64,000 nt of DNA from Epiperipatus broadwayi (Eukaryota; Animalia; Onychophora). The notes under the pieces were generated by a model, which did no database searches, was not told the origin of the DNA, and saw only the letters and a list, made by a program, of their open reading frames with translations. A program made the translations under genes and the position numbers. The DNA is taken from contig JAQFVV010000002.1 of assembly GCA_028023455.1 (NCBI GenBank), forward strand, positions 14,260,001-14,324,000, written 5' to 3'. Each line of letters starts with the position of its first letter. The stretch's first letter is position 1. Shown one piece after another: positions 26,979 through 41,650 of this stretch.

Positions 26979-28779
26979 TAGCTTGCTGTGTGTGGTAATA
27001 TGTATAGTGAGTTTTGCCTGTTTTAATAATTTTACATGGGATAGATTATTGTCACACACTGTCAGTGCATAAATATAGTCCACACGTCTTAAGAGTTTCT
27101 ATTAACTAGTATTTTACATACACAATATGATAATTTATCGTTAGACAACATCTTCACTTATCTGTATGTTTTAAATCTATACACATGACTGACTTAGCTC
27201 AATGCTTTTTTTTCTTGCGAGAACTTCATTATTATTTTACTTGCAGTCTATTGACTGTTATTAGTTCATTTTCATAATAAAACTAATTAGCATATCTCAG
27301 CTTCATATATTGTTCATTTTATTATACAGTAAGAAATAATTTTATAGAGTACATGTTTTAACAGAGGTAATAATGTACTGTCTGCACACCATTACAAATT
27401 TCCAATAAACTTTATTTGTAATAATAAATATATGTGCACAGACAATTCAGATTGGGAACAAAAAAAATAAAACCTTCCAATAATAATCTATATTTTACAA
27501 TTTTATGCAGAATACATTGTAAGATGAGCTTATTAAAATCTCACAAGTGTAAAACTTATATATTCTCATTGTTCTTGATTCTTGCAAAATATTTTTTCTA
27601 CGATTTATATAAAAGAATTTTTTTTACAAACACCACAGTGATAATTTATTAAGTTTCATGATGACTTTTGGTTATAATTTTGTTTATTGTTGGGGTTTTT
27701 TTTTAAAAAAAAAAAAAATCTAAAATCTTAAGTCTGCTTTCTACTGTGATGAATCTTCATGGTTTTTCTTATTAGATAATAAAATCTTTATTATGATAAT
27801 CTTTTAGTGAGAAAAGTTCAAATATATGTTGTTTCTTTTTGTATATGCTGTTGTGTACCCTATATCTTACTTTAAACATTACATGTTTACATAAATTGTT
27901 TGAAAAATTATCATGTTTAAATTTTGTTATATATATACTGATTGACCCTTTATAATGAGATAACTCTTATAGTTTGTATGAAATTATAATAACTATTATT
28001 ATACTGATTAATGTAATTTGAATTTAATATACCATAATCTTTGTAATTTGAATTTAATATACAGTAGTCTTCACGATAATTTTATTTAGCATAATGTAAA
28101 AATAAGATATTATTAGAAACTTAAAATATTGAGGGAAATAAATAAAAAAATGTTGTCATTACATTTAATATAGAAAATGAATAATTAAAAAAAATTTATA
28201 AAAAATATTTTTATGTTTCATTAACATTTCATTTACTACCATACTACAGAATTTTCCCATTTCTATAGGTACAGCTGCACAGATTGTAAAATAAATAACT
28301 TAGCCAAAACCTGATATACAAATAATGAGTCAGTTAGTCTAAATCAAATTATATACATTTTATTTGATGAATATAAGTAAATATAATAAATGTATATGTG
28401 TATTGAGTGCTAACAGATTTAATATCTGTAGGTATAATTCATTAACTCTGGATTATAAAAATTATATAAATCTGTGTGAGTTATATTTTTTAACTGCTCA
28501 GAATTATTGACAAGGCTTATTGAGGATTGTAATCAATTCATCAGCTTTCAGTTTTATATTATTCTATGTTATTTTTGGTTGAATTTTTAACTAATCATTT
28601 TTTTATATATATCTGGAATAAATTGTTTAATTTTTTATGTGCATAACAGATACCTCCTCTATTCTAAAAATATTTAGTTAACTTTCAATTCCTCAAGCTT
28701 ATTGATTCAATTCCATTTCTGAATTTTTTTATAGAACTTTCAGGTAATTTTTCTTTTAGATAAGTTTTTTTCCTCTGGA

Positions 28780-31700
28780 ATTTCAACATCTTCAGAAGAA
28801 ACTGCTGTATCCTTTTTACTATGTGGATAAATGTTTTTATATCAGATACAGGTGTATATGATTAGTTTTTATAATGATAATATCTTGGATATATTACTAA
28901 TGTAATCTTTCTCTGCATCTACTTCCCTAGCCATACCATATGTTCAACTTTATATTTATTTATAATTTTTTTCCTCCTTTGGATTTCTAATTGAGATTGG
29001 TAAAGATAATTTTGGTATGTAGCTCCCCCCCCCCCCATTGATGGATCTTTTTCATTTGTTGAAGATGTGGGCAGACTATATATGATTTCATGCACATTAA
29101 ACCATTGGTTTTTCCATAATGGAAGTCAAGGTATTTGACTCAAAATGATATGGTGTTAACATTGAGTGTTATATATCCAATTCCTTTAAGTTTACTTTTG
29201 AATTTCATGATGTGAATACTGATTTATTGTCTCTAATCATGTAGTCAGGACCTGTAAGTGAAGATATGAGAAAATTTCCTTGAGTTTTTTAGAATTTCTT
29301 TTTTTTTTTTTTTCTAATCTATTGTCTTTTTCTTTATCAGACTTCTTTTTTTTAATTTTTTCTCTTTAGTATTTCATTAATTATATTTGCCCAGCAGACA
29401 TCTCCACATGCAAGCTTTGACTAACAAATACTGTTGGTATTTTATGTGGTATCAGGTACTTCATCATCCATCAATATACAATCCTTTTTTATAGATAAAT
29501 TATGTTTTGCATTTCAAAAAACAAGCTTATAGATAACTAAAGCAATTAGATGACCATTCATATCATTTATCCATATTAGTTTTTGATACAGATTTCTCTG
29601 GGCCCATTCAGCAATTGTTTTGCTCTTCAGATATTTGTTTTTTATTTCTTCTATAAAATTTATACTTTCTGGGTTTGGCATATGTAGATAATATGTTTAG
29701 CAAATTTAGTAACCTTGGGGCTTACTGGTTATGGGCAGAAAACTTTTTTTTCTTTTCTGTTTTTTATAAGCATGTAAACATTATTTTTCATAAATAAAAG
29801 ATTTCGAGATTAAAATATTGCCAGTATTGTTTTGTTATCTGTAATCAAGTTAAATTTTCGGCTATGGACTTTGTTGGTGATATTTTCTGATGCCAAATAC
29901 TCTGACCAGTGCCTCCTTATGTAACTGACTTCCTTTCTTCCCATTCTTGGATGAAGAGTCAAATGCATAGGCTTTTAGTCTTTCACATCAATAACTGCAC
30001 CCACTCCATATAGATGTATCTGTCAGTAGGGCGACTTCTGTCTCTTATTTACTTAAAAGAAATTCAGTAGGTCTAAAAAAATTTGAACTCTTTGCACCTG
30101 TCATGATTTTAAATTTTTCCAGCTGATGGTGACTTCCCCCCCCCCTTTTTTTTTTTGGAGATGTCGTGGCCCAATAACTTATTCTTTGTGCAATTTAGAA
30201 ACATTTTCATTTAAACATACTATAAAATCCTCAATGGTTGTTTTCTCTTAGCATGTTGAAACCATTTGAGGGCGTAATTTCTATGTGAACAAAGAGAATT
30301 ATAATGTTACCGGGCCGTTGTTCTTTTTTTTTTCAACTTTATAGTGCTTTTTTTGATTTACAATAAAATCATAAATAATGAAATATATCTAAAAGAAATA
30401 AAAAATAAATTGAATAAACCTTTTTTTTTTTTTTTTTCTAAAATGAAATTTGTAATTTTGACAAGAATAAAAACAATATCGTGGTGACGCAAATCAAATT
30501 TTAACATGAAGAAAAATAAATACTTTCTCCAAAACAAAAACATCGTGCCCACGCAAATATAATTTGTAATTTTAATAAGAATAAAAAGAAAGAATTTATT
30601 CAAAACAACATCGTGGCCAAAAATAAAGCCGGTATTTTCGTTTGGTCTTGCGATTTATCTCACACAAACGTGAATTTTAGCGTGATTTCGTAAAAATCAC
30701 ATTTACACCTCCCCTTTGACAATTGATTAAAGTGTCATCCTTGTCTAGAGAAGCAGGGCAAAGTTTCCACAATTTTTATTACCTCATACTGCATCATTGG
30801 ATTTAGAAAATAATGACTTGGGCATGCGAATTTGAAGACTTTTGACAGTCTCAATTACAGACACCCTCACAAAATACCGTAGCGAAATTTAAAATGGGAT
30901 TGTTCATAGAAACTGCGTAACACAAAGTTCACCGTAAGCGGCAGAATAAACATCCTACTTCTGTGTTGTAAATACGTGTATCCGAAATGTTAATAATGGT
31001 ATTGTTCGTATAAACTGCGGCAGAATAATGTCCTATTTCTGTGCTGTAACATAGAAATAGATATCGTAGCTAAATTTAAAATGGGATTGTTCGTATAAAT
31101 TGCGTAACACAAAGTTCACTGTAAGTGGCAGTGTCCTCTGCGGCAGAATAAACGTCCTATTTATGTGCCGTAGCATAGAAATAGGTGCCGCAGACAAGTA
31201 AACAGACTATTTCTTTGCTTAACCATTGGAATAGAATGTTATATAGCGGCATATAAATTACAACCTCAAGTGGTTTCAACACGCTAAGAGAAAACAACCT
31301 CCTCAATTCTTCAATTTTTTCTCTGTTGTTGCCGTTGTTAGGCTGGTGTTGTAATATAGAATCACTTCATTTATGTCCTTCAAACACTTGACAGTCTTTA
31401 ATTAGAATATATTAGATGTGATTTTAATTCTAAATGGCAACCTATTACAATTAAAAAGCCAATTTTGTGTGATTATAGTTAATATTCTTGCCAACTGGTG
31501 AAAAGCTAATTTTGCATAGACTGGACAATTTGGAAATAAACTTTAATCTTCCTTAGATTTTGCACTAGGTAAATGTTTTTCTTAAGATTTATTGACTGTC
31601 ATTCTGTAGTTTCCACTAATGTATAATTGGCAATTGAGTTTTAAAATTGTTACAATACACACTGCCTATTTCCGGTACCAGTTGGAATTAGTATTTTACT

Positions 31701-32300
31701 CTTAGAGCAGAGTAGCTTCCATTGTTTTTGGATTTGTCTTAAGATTTATTGACTGTCACACTGTAGTCTCATATGCATAGTTGGCTATCTATTTCAGAAT
31801 CATTATAATAGGCATTAACCATTTTGACACTTCAGTTGGAGCCACTATTCCACTCTACTAACTTCAACAATGTTTTTTACTTTATGTCCAAGAAAAGACT
31901 AACTTCCATGATTTTGTTTCTTTGTTCTCCATTAATTCTTCCAGTTTTTTGTTCTATTACTTCTGCCTATGATGGATTTATGTACTTGTGAAATATACAT
32001 ATAGCTATAATTTTGCTTTTTTATTTTTCTGTCTTTGTGGTACTTTCACTTTCTCTAGTATTTTAATTTTATTTCTGTTTGAAACTTTTGCTATTAGTCC
32101 TGTGTCCACACAATGTAGTTCAAATCTACTTTATTTGTGAAGGTATTCTATTCTAACAATTTAATTGAATTTCCTGAATCATTTATTTCTGAATTTTATG
32201 CCATATATATATGAGAAAACTATCAATGTATTTTATTTTAACTAATTGAAGATTTTTTTTACTTTTATTTTTTCCTTGGATGTATATTTAAGAGTAGAGG
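28780..32300 (-). mobile_element. Gypsy pol remnant (RT-RNase H-integrase), interrupted by the 30236-31299 element
   Basis: Minus strand GNYRMTVNK, AFHQL...LTIIT...NRLPF, LLGHDI, TDTS-YGVGAVI, KEALVRVFGIRKYHQ, KFNLITDNK; reading continues across the removed insertion. Outer limits approximate. Confidence 0.8.
30236..31299. mobile_element. Merlin-like non-autonomous DNA transposon, 1064 bp
   Basis: ~45-bp TIRs starting GGTTGTTTTCTCTTAGC; perfect 8-bp TSD TCCTCAAT at 30228-30235 and 31300-31307; internal tandem subrepeats. Superfamily inferred from GG termini plus 8-bp TSD. Confidence 0.8.
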
Positions 32301-35300
32301 TTTTCTCACATTCATTATCTCTTTTGACTGTTATTAATTTGTTAAGTAGGTTGCTTCTTCCTGTCTAAAATTATTATTAAAGCCTAAATTACTTAGTTTG
32401 AACTCTGACTAGTTTATAAACTAATATATAAAAAAGTAGTTTAAGAAATAAATATATAAAAAAGTAGTTTAAACAGAACTTCATAAGAAAATTAATTAAA
32501 TATCAATAAAATGATGTGAATTGCCTGGGCATATTTGTTCCACATTTATACAAGCTTGAATGATGACAAATATTTATACTAAGTAGGTTATGAAGTTAAT
32601 ATTAAGGGGGGTTTTTTGGTCAATGATATCAAAATATTAGAAACTGAAAATTGAATATTCTTTATAATCACATTAAGCACTGGTCTTTTATTTTTTAATG
32701 TTTGTTTAATTAATATAATAAAGTATATTGAGCTCATTAAAAAACTTCTACAGTTTGATTTTACAATTATTATTTTTTTACATCTTTTTTATGAAAAATT
32801 TGAGAGATGATTCTTCACAATTATTAGTGCATAATATCTATGTGTATATGCATATATATTAATTTTAAAAGATATTACAAAAAGTGACTAGATTATATGA
32901 AAACAAATGGCAATATAATATTACAAATTAATTTGAAAGTATGAATGATTAATAAAGGTCTGTATAAAGTGTGTATCAAAACAATTGGTCTTAATCATAT
33001 TTAGTATTCTTTAAATTGAAATATCTGCATGTACATAGAATTATAAGGGAAAATGTGAATGGAAAAAAGTGAGTATATATTAATATAAAAAGTGTGTTTT
33101 CTTATATAAAACACTGCTCATTTAAATTTTAGATAACAATAGAAATTTGCAATTTCCTTTCAATAAATTTGATTTTCAAAAAAAAAAATTGGAATGATAT
33201 CCAAGTTTTTTTTTAAAAAAAATATTTTCTCTTTTTATGATTTGAAATTGTATGTTCCCTAATTATTTTTATCTCATTTAGAGATATACTCATAGAGGAA
33301 GAGAGTTTCACATACAAATACTGCTCATTTTAATTTTAGATAACAATGTTTGTGCATAAAATGTGCACTTTAAATAAATGTGATTTTTTAAAAAAAAAAC
33401 TGGAGTGATATACCATTCATGTTTTTTTTTTTTTTTTAATAGTTTCTCATTAGAGAAGAGTCATTCTTCAAAATTACATATTTACTACTTGTTTTATTTT
33501 AAAAAGTTTGCTAATGACACTACTTTTTTTCTTTTTTTTTTAAGTTTGTTTTCTAATTTGTAAACAGGTTTTTCTTTCTTTTTTTTTTTTTTATGTGATG
33601 ACTAGAATTTGTTCTAATCTCAGAATGGTCAAAGTTGCAGAGTTTCATTCATTATGTTAAGTGCCAAAATATTTACAGAAACTTGACAGGTATGAGAGTC
33701 AGTCATCTTTACTCTGTATTCTAATACTGATTTATTAAATGTGTAAGAGTAATGTTTTGTCTTTTTAGATTGGGTTTATTATAAGGAATTGGGGCAGTCT
33801 CATTATTACATATTGCTTATTAGATATTATAATAATAAATCTTTATTGATTATATATTTATTGATTTGTTTTTCCTCTTTAGGATTTACAATTACTTGCA
33901 TGAACACATAGAATTGTAGAAAAATGCTTAATAAACAATTATAGAAAAAATTAATAAAACAATTGTTTTAATAGTTTTTTAAAAAACTTGTTATTCTAAC
34001 AAATACCAGGTTTCTTTGCAGTTTAAACACGGAAAAACACAAAAAATCTGTATTTAACAAATATTTGGAATACAAATATATTATGATATGCACATATCTT
34101 TATTTGCTATTTTTTTTTATGATTTATAAGTAATTAAATAAATAAAACAATTAATGGTCATATGTGTAATAAAATGTATTTGTTATTTTAATTAAATAAA
34201 TGTAGAATAAATGAGTCATTTATTTATCAAAATTAAAAAAATATTTTGTTAAATTATATAGATGACAACAATGCTTTATTAAAATTAGAAGAAAGAAATC
34301 ATATGTTCAAAACTAGTGTTTAAAATATACACTTCATTGTTTATGTCACTATGGAGACAGAAACGATTTCAGAAAGAGGAACACATACTTTCCTTTAAAA
34401 AATTTGGTTTTTACCTTACCTTATTTCATAAATAATTTTGAACTAATAGCAAAGAAAGATATACTGAGGGTAAAACTTAGAGGAGGAACAAGGGCTTTCT
34501 CCTGTGTTTGATGTGTAGGATTAAAACGAAGTGAATTCCAACAAAACTATGCTGACTCATAAATCTAAGACTACTAAAGATACTTGGATTGTAATATTGT
34601 CAAAAGAAAATAATTGGGTAACATTCAAGGATTAAAATGTCTCTGGAGTTCTCTATATGTATGTGCTAGCACAAAGAAAGATTCAAAAGGAACTGCTACA
34701 AAATAAAAAAAACTTAAATCGAAGTTTTATATATGCTAACAACAACAGTTAAAAATAAAATATTTTTATTTGCACGAAAGAAAATCTATCATTAACTCTT
34801 TCTTGACTATATACATTTATAATTTTAATTATATATCATATCCAATTATACTATAGTGAGGGTGAATTATATATCATATGACATTAATTGCTGTTATAAA
34901 TTATTTTTTATTTTAACCACCACAAATAAATGAATGTTTGTCTTAAAAAATTTATATTGTTGTTATTAATTTAGGTATTTTGAATCATTATAAAACTATT
35001 TTATCTTATTCTATAGTACACCCATATTATATCTCACTATAAAGTAAAGCATTATTTAATAGATTTTATCTTCTTTGCCAAGCAAGAGTATTCATTGTGA
35101 ACCTATTGACACTCTTTACAAATTTATGAGTATGTTGTACATGTAGATATAAACTATTATAAAGTCATTTATTTATTAGTTATAGTTTAATTTGCCTGAA
35201 TGTATTTATATTTAAATTGTCCAAATATGTAATACATAAGTGGAGAAAACCCCTTGGTTTATATGTATATTTATTACATGTAGTTTTCCAAATATGTGAT

Positions 35301-37379
35301 GAGTTTGCAGGCAAACTAACTCTGCTCAGTTATAATATTTTTATTATATTTGTGATTATCTAATCTGAGGGCATTTACTCATACTTAGTTTCATTTATGA
35401 TATTAGTTGTCTGTGTGATATTCAGTCTATTATTTTATATCATCCGTTATAAATTTTGGCTTATCCAAAAGGACATAAAAGATAGCACTCAAATATACAA
35501 GCTATGCAGGAGAGTCATGTTCATTTTATTTTAATTTGTTTTCATCATATTTTATTCATTATTAGAATATAATAGTTTCCATTTACAATATATATATATA
35601 TGTAAGCCAATAAATTTTCTATTTGACAAATAGAAGTGTGGAGCAATAAGATATTTTTTTTATTTTTATGCATTAATGGTGAATATATATCCATATGCAG
35701 TGCAGATCTAATATATCTACAAATTGAACGTGATGTTGCACATTATTGCTAATCAAAGTTTTAAATAAGAAGACAGAAGGAATGTTTTTTTTTTTCCTCC
35801 AATCAAAAATCTTTCTAAATTTGTTCACTTTTTTGATTTTATTTTACTTGAACTCTGACTAAAAGTAAGTTCATTTCTTTCTTTACACTGTTCAATTCCC
35901 TATCTTTCTCTCAAGTTCATCATAATTAAATCTTTAAATATTCTTTTAGTTTTTTCAATTTACATATTTTTAAATCATTTTTTATTGTCCAAGTTTCTAA
36001 TTTATAATACTAAATTGCAAGTTACTAATTTATTTTGATTTATCACAAACATTTGATAAAAAAGTTTTTGATTTATTAATCTGAAATTATCAGTTAGTTT
36101 TATTTTTAAAACAAATGAGACAGTTTATGCAATAATTTATGCTTTAACAATAATAAACTTCATTATTTTTTATGTAAGAGAAATATTCCAAGAGTAATTA
36201 TCATGCCCAACACTTTTTAATGCGTGTATTATCATAATTTAGTTATATATTAAAAAACTTATTAATATAATTATTTTAAGGATATAGTCTTCAAAATATA
36301 GTTTTATAAACTAATATATAAATAGCAAAATAACAAATTTTTAAAATAAGTAAAAATTCTAGCATTTTCAAAGTAATTAATCTCTATTCTGGTCACTATT
36401 ATCAAAAGATACAATCTTACAACATGACAAATACTTCCCTATAAAACAATATTTCTTTTTTAAAAATTTTGATATAGTTCTAAATTTGTTTCAGGAAATA
36501 TGAAATTCTGACAATTTATAGAAAATTTATATATATATTATCAAAATACTTAAAGGTTTATTGCCTTAGTAAATAATAACAATAATAAAAAGAAGAAAAA
36601 AATTAATTTGATTTTGCTACTTCTAATATTAATTTTAATTTCTTGATTGCGATCACTCATTCCATCTACTATGTGTTGTCATATTGTGTTTGTAATCATA
36701 ACACATATAACAAAGTAGTGGTTGTAAGAGGTTAGTTGTCATGACTGTTCGATAGATTTAATTTAAATCTTTGTTTACCATTTACTTAAGTTGGGATTTA
36801 ATACGTGTATTGTAGTTATTGGTTTGTCAATTTGTGTGCCCTACCATTTACTAGTTTAGCAATTAATAAGTGACGCTAACATCATGTGTCTTAAATTGGG
36901 ATTGGGCCTCATGGTGTGTACTCTAGGTATTGGAGTGGTGTTAGAGGTATACGTAACAGTATATTGTATAAATTTCTAAATAATAGTAATTAAAACAACC
37001 AGTTATTATTTATTTATGTAAATTGAATACTTTATTGTGCACAATCTGAATATTTGAATTATGTAATATATGAAATTTATTCACAATAATTTATGGCAGA
37101 AACATTAAACTTTTTTTAAATGTATTTACATTAAATAACTACATTTATATTATTTATTTTCATTACCATCAAAAAATTTACTATTTAAATTTTTAAAAAG
37201 ATAGAAATGTATGTAAACTCACAGCTGATGAAAGATTATATTACATTAAAGGTTATAAATTATGAATATATTTTTCATATCTGCTTTCAAAGTATATCCT
37301 GTGCATTAATATCATCATTGATATCAATCATTATTGATCCACTGTAGGATGAAAGTATTTGAGTTTCATTCAGTTTCCT

Positions 37380-40300
37380 TATCAATAATCTTCTCTATAT
37401 CACATCACCAAACTTCTTTATTTTATCCATCTCACATATGGCTTCTTTCTAGGTCTTTTACAATCTTTTGGAATGTAGTTTAAGACTTATACTGTTTTTC
37501 TACTGTTGTCTGTCGATATGTTCATCCCAGCCCTACTGCATTCTCTTAGTTCTTCCAGTGATGTTAATGAGTACTTATTTGTTCTCTCAATCATATATTT
37601 TACTTTGTATCTTTCTTATTTATAACATATATCTTTTTTATTTCTTTGAATGGTCTTCAGTCTCTAATTTGCTCTTATGTTAAATGTCCAAATCCATATA
37701 TAAGAATTGGGAAAACACATTTTTAAAAAAACTTTTCAAATATGTACTCCTTTTTTTTAAATATTATTTTTCTACCAAAACCACTTTATCTGTGATTAAT
37801 TTCATGTATTAAGTTTTCATCTATATTAATAATCTGTCCAAGATATTTTTAGTTGTTTATCATCCCCTTTATCAATCCACTATAGAATAAAGATGTCCAT
37901 GTTTAATCCAGTTTCTCCAGCCTCTCCATAATACACCAGCGTATTTTCTTATTTCATTCATCCATCTCTCATGCAGTCACTTTCTAGGCTTTTATATAAT
38001 CTTTTGGAATTTGTTTAAGACTTCTATTATATAAATATATCCAGCCCAGTTTCCTTTTCAGTTCTTTAATTCCCTCAATGATCTCAGTGTTATCTGTTTG
38101 CTTTCTCACTCATGTATTTCATTTTCAATCTTACTCCTAACATGATCTCTCAATACTTTATTGAGTCATCTGAAGTCCTTGAATTGCTGTTCTTTTAAGT
38201 GTTAAAGTCTCAGATTCTTAAGTAAGATCTGGTAAATACTTTTCTCACTCATGTATTTCATTTTAATTCTTATTTTATCCTTAAAATAATCTCTCCCTCC
38301 TTTATTTATTGTTTTGGGTTTTTTGATTTGTTCTTTTATAAGATTTTATTACTTTTTTCTTTAATAAAAAATTATAAAAAACATATCTTTTTAAAAATGT
38401 TTTTAAAAAAAAACATTTTTTTAAAAAATTTTAAAAAAAATTATATAATATAATTTTATTTTTATATAATTTTTATTTAAATTTTTTTTTTTTATTTTTA
38501 AATTTTTAAAAAAAAATTTTTATTTTTTTTTTTTTAAATTTTGATTATCAACCTTTTTTTTTTTTTTTAAAAAATTTTTTAAAATTTTTATATTTTTCTT
38601 ACTTTCATGCGATAATTCTTGCAACATTTCTTGAAACTAGTATTACTTGCAAAAACAATCTCGTCTAGTAGACTAATATAATTCTCATCTATTTTTTCTT
38701 CTTTAGTTTTACATTTTAGTCCACAAAATATTTCTTGCAAAACTGTCGTAAAAAAAGTTTTGGAAATATGGAATTAGTACTATTATCACCATGTAAACTA
38801 ATCATTGCTGTTGCATTTTGATAAATATTCTTCAAAATATGAAATATTTGGGTCTATCAATGACGATTGCTTACAGAATCAAATGCCTTTTTATAATCTA
38901 CAAATCCAACCTAGAATGGCCACATATTTATTGCTCCTTTCTATAGCTTTTTTAAATACCTGAATGTGTGATTCATTGTCTTAAAACCACTTTTAAATGC
39001 AGCTTATTCTTTTGGTTAATATAATTTTTATATAGAATTAATTAAAGACTGATAAGTCTGTAATTTCTAATAACTTCTTTATCACCTTTTTTAAATATCA
39101 ATATAATGCATTCTTCCAATTATCTGGTACTTCTTTTTTATTTAAACATTTTGTATATAACTTTGTCAACAATTTTTCATACGCTTCTTTTAAGATATTA
39201 TAATTTCATCATTTCCTAGAAATGTTCTCTTCATAGATTTAATTGCATGTCGCACTTCTTCATTTAAAATGCTGGGCAATTCAGATGATGTAATAACTGT
39301 AGGGGATCCTTTTTTTTTGTTACTATAATTTTTTATCTAGCTTTTCTACACATTTCATGTAATTTCTTTTTTTATTAATAATTCCATCTTATTGCAGAAA
39401 TTATTTTCCAATAATCAAGATGTTATTTTACATTTTTGGGACTTATTCTCTTCTATTACTTTTCTTAGCAATTCGTAATTATATTTTTTATATCATTAAC
39501 TGTTTTTACAATCATTTTACAAAGCTCTAGATATTCAATTCTTTTAATGACTCGTATTTCTTTTTTTCTTTATACATTATCTTCAAGTAGAAATCTGGTA
39601 AATTGCTGCTTTTTAGTATCAGATATCTTTGTCATAGTTCTTAATAGTTTATCAGTTATCTTATTAAATTCATTTAAATTTGAATGGTCTTCAGATCTGT
39701 TAATATTTTAAAACAATTTTAATTTATTAGAATATTTCTGAAGGTCAGGAATATCAGCTGTTACTACTGATTTTTAAAATAATTTTCATTTCAACTAGTT
39801 TTACATGTTAAGCATTGGTGGTCGAGAGGTCACCACAGCTGCCTTACAAACAGTTGTCCTGGGTTAGCGGGTTCGCTTTCCGGCCGATGCTATGACACAT
39901 GAGAAAAAAAAAACTAGTTTTACATTGACATGCATCTTATTAATTGATGCTCACTCTCAGTGTTGGATCAGTTAAGAAAATTACAATCTTAAAATACATA
40001 TTTTCTGTTATTCAAAATATAATTCAATTCTGCTGTGTTTTTATCTAGAGCTTACATGTCCATTTCCATTTAGCATTTTTCTTAATGAAAGAACTCATAA
40101 TATGGTTTTTCTTTTATTGTAGATTTCACAAATCTATATCCTTTCTCATTTCTACCATTAAAATCTATGACAATTTAAAAATGTTAGTTATGATAACAAG
40201 CCTTTTGTACATTCATATAAACAGTTTCTGATTTTTCATCACAATGAGAACTTGTTTAGACATAAATCTGAATTATCTGCATTTGGTATCTACCATTAAG

Positions 40301-40640
40301 TTGAATAACTAATCCCTGCCACTATCTGATACATCATCGATCTTCATAATGATGTTCTTCCGCTTTTTAATTGTGCCTCCAACATTTGTGTCTTTGTAGT
40401 AAAGTACTTGTCCACTTTTTAAATTATCTCTTAATCTTTTAATTTCACAAAGTCTCATAATGTTCAATTTAATATTAGACAATTCTTTCCTCATTTTAAA
40501 ATGATCTGCAGTTGCAAGTATCTAAAGGAAAGGCTGTCATCGAATGGCAGCCTGGTTCTGCACTCGGGATTCTTAGCAAACTTGCCCTTTAGCTACTAAA
40601 GTTGCCTTGGCAGGCAGTTTTCCAATCTCTTGGGAATAAA
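37380..40640 (-). mobile_element. RTE-clade LINE remnants (endonuclease, RT, duplicated 3' region)
   Basis: ORF 40309-40494 resembles the RTE endonuclease N-terminus (ELSNIKLNIMRLCEIKR...SGQVLYY); RT motifs NYRLISL, KAFDSV, LLDEIVF; C-terminal PILIYG and RPRKKPYVRW present twice (~37400-37720 and ~37850-38280). Confidence 0.8.
39807..39911 (+). mobile_element. tRNA-Gly(TCC)-derived short SINE/retrocopy, copy 1
   Basis: gttaa-GCATTGGTGGTC...GGGTTCGCTTTCCGGCCGATGC-tatgacac-polyA; 14-bp TSD aactagttttacat at 39793-39806 and 39912-39925. Confidence 0.85.
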
Positions 40641-41099
40641 TACCATAATTTAGTTTTATCTATATCAAAAAAAGAGAAAGTTCATTCACACCTATTGATT
40701 TTGTCTTCAAAGAAGATCAACTAGTATTTCATTCAGTTAAGAACTATCACAACTGAGAAAAGACCATGATGTTTCTTAATGTTAAACTCCGAAGTAAAAA
40801 GCCATTAAACTCACCATGCTGGCTGATATGTCTTGGTGAGAAAATCTGTTTATATTTGTTTACTGTATAAAAAAATCACATAATAATAATAATACCTGCA
40901 ATGATAAGAACGAAATGGAATAGAGATTATAGCCTCATTGTGGAATTAAAAGAAACTTCATGATTATCAATATTTTTGTCTGTGAAAATTTATAGAGCAT
41001 TACTTTAGTCATTCTACTTTTATGCATTATTTAATAATATACTATTTTCTGAAACATTGTTTAAAAATACAATCACATTATTTGCAAAATCTTGATAAT

Positions 41100-41650
41100 T
41101 TAAATACTGTCCCTTTATTTTTACTTCCTTAGTTATCCATTTTAATCCACAAAATACTTCTTGTAAAACTATTCTAAAAATGCTAATATGGAATCACTGC
41201 CATACACTCATCCATATTAATTTTCTGATTGTCACCATGTAATCTGGTAATTGCTGTTGCATTTTTATATATAACAAAATTCCAGATTTGCATCTTCATG
41301 AAGATTCAGTACTATGGAAATGCTTTATCTATAAATCCAAAGCATAATGAGAATTCATACTCATTGGTTCTTTATGTAATTTCTCTCAATACTTTGATGT
41401 GATCCATTGTTATCAAGGAAACCCTTTTATTTTCTAGTAAATGGTTAATATTTTACTCATTTATGGTGCACAAATGAGAAAACTTATTAACATTAAAACT
41501 TTTATTATCCAGGTAGGATTTGTGGAATCATTTGATTATATCTCAATGTTTTTTTAATGACATTATTACTAGAAGAGAGAACCTTTTGATAGATGTTTAT
41601 TGTCTGTTTACTCTTAAGTTATTCAGTCTTTTTAATGAAATCTTTATAAG
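41100..41650 (-). mobile_element. Additional RTE-like RT fragment
   Basis: caccatgtaa...ttgctgttgcatttt block shared with ~38790-38820. Confidence 0.5.

Larger units (their letters stand above)
24935..27440 (-). mobile_element. Internally deleted Gypsy element: 3' LTR (24935-25438), integrase (~25700-26520), partial 5' LTR (~27030-27440)
   Basis: Minus strand YLFLIVDSYSRW, VFDNGTGFISLEFK, PYHLESNGLAEKAVQ; purine tract gagtggagaggatgg next to the 3' LTR; LTRs homologous to 2391-2993. Confidence 0.85.

Noticed and set aside
33595-33730. C/D box snoRNA (GTGATGA...CTGA)
   Set aside because: No terminal stem and no recognisable rRNA antisense element.
36674-36958. Solo LTR (TGTT...AACA)
   Set aside because: Ends fit but there is no matching TSD and no second copy in the window; unsupported.
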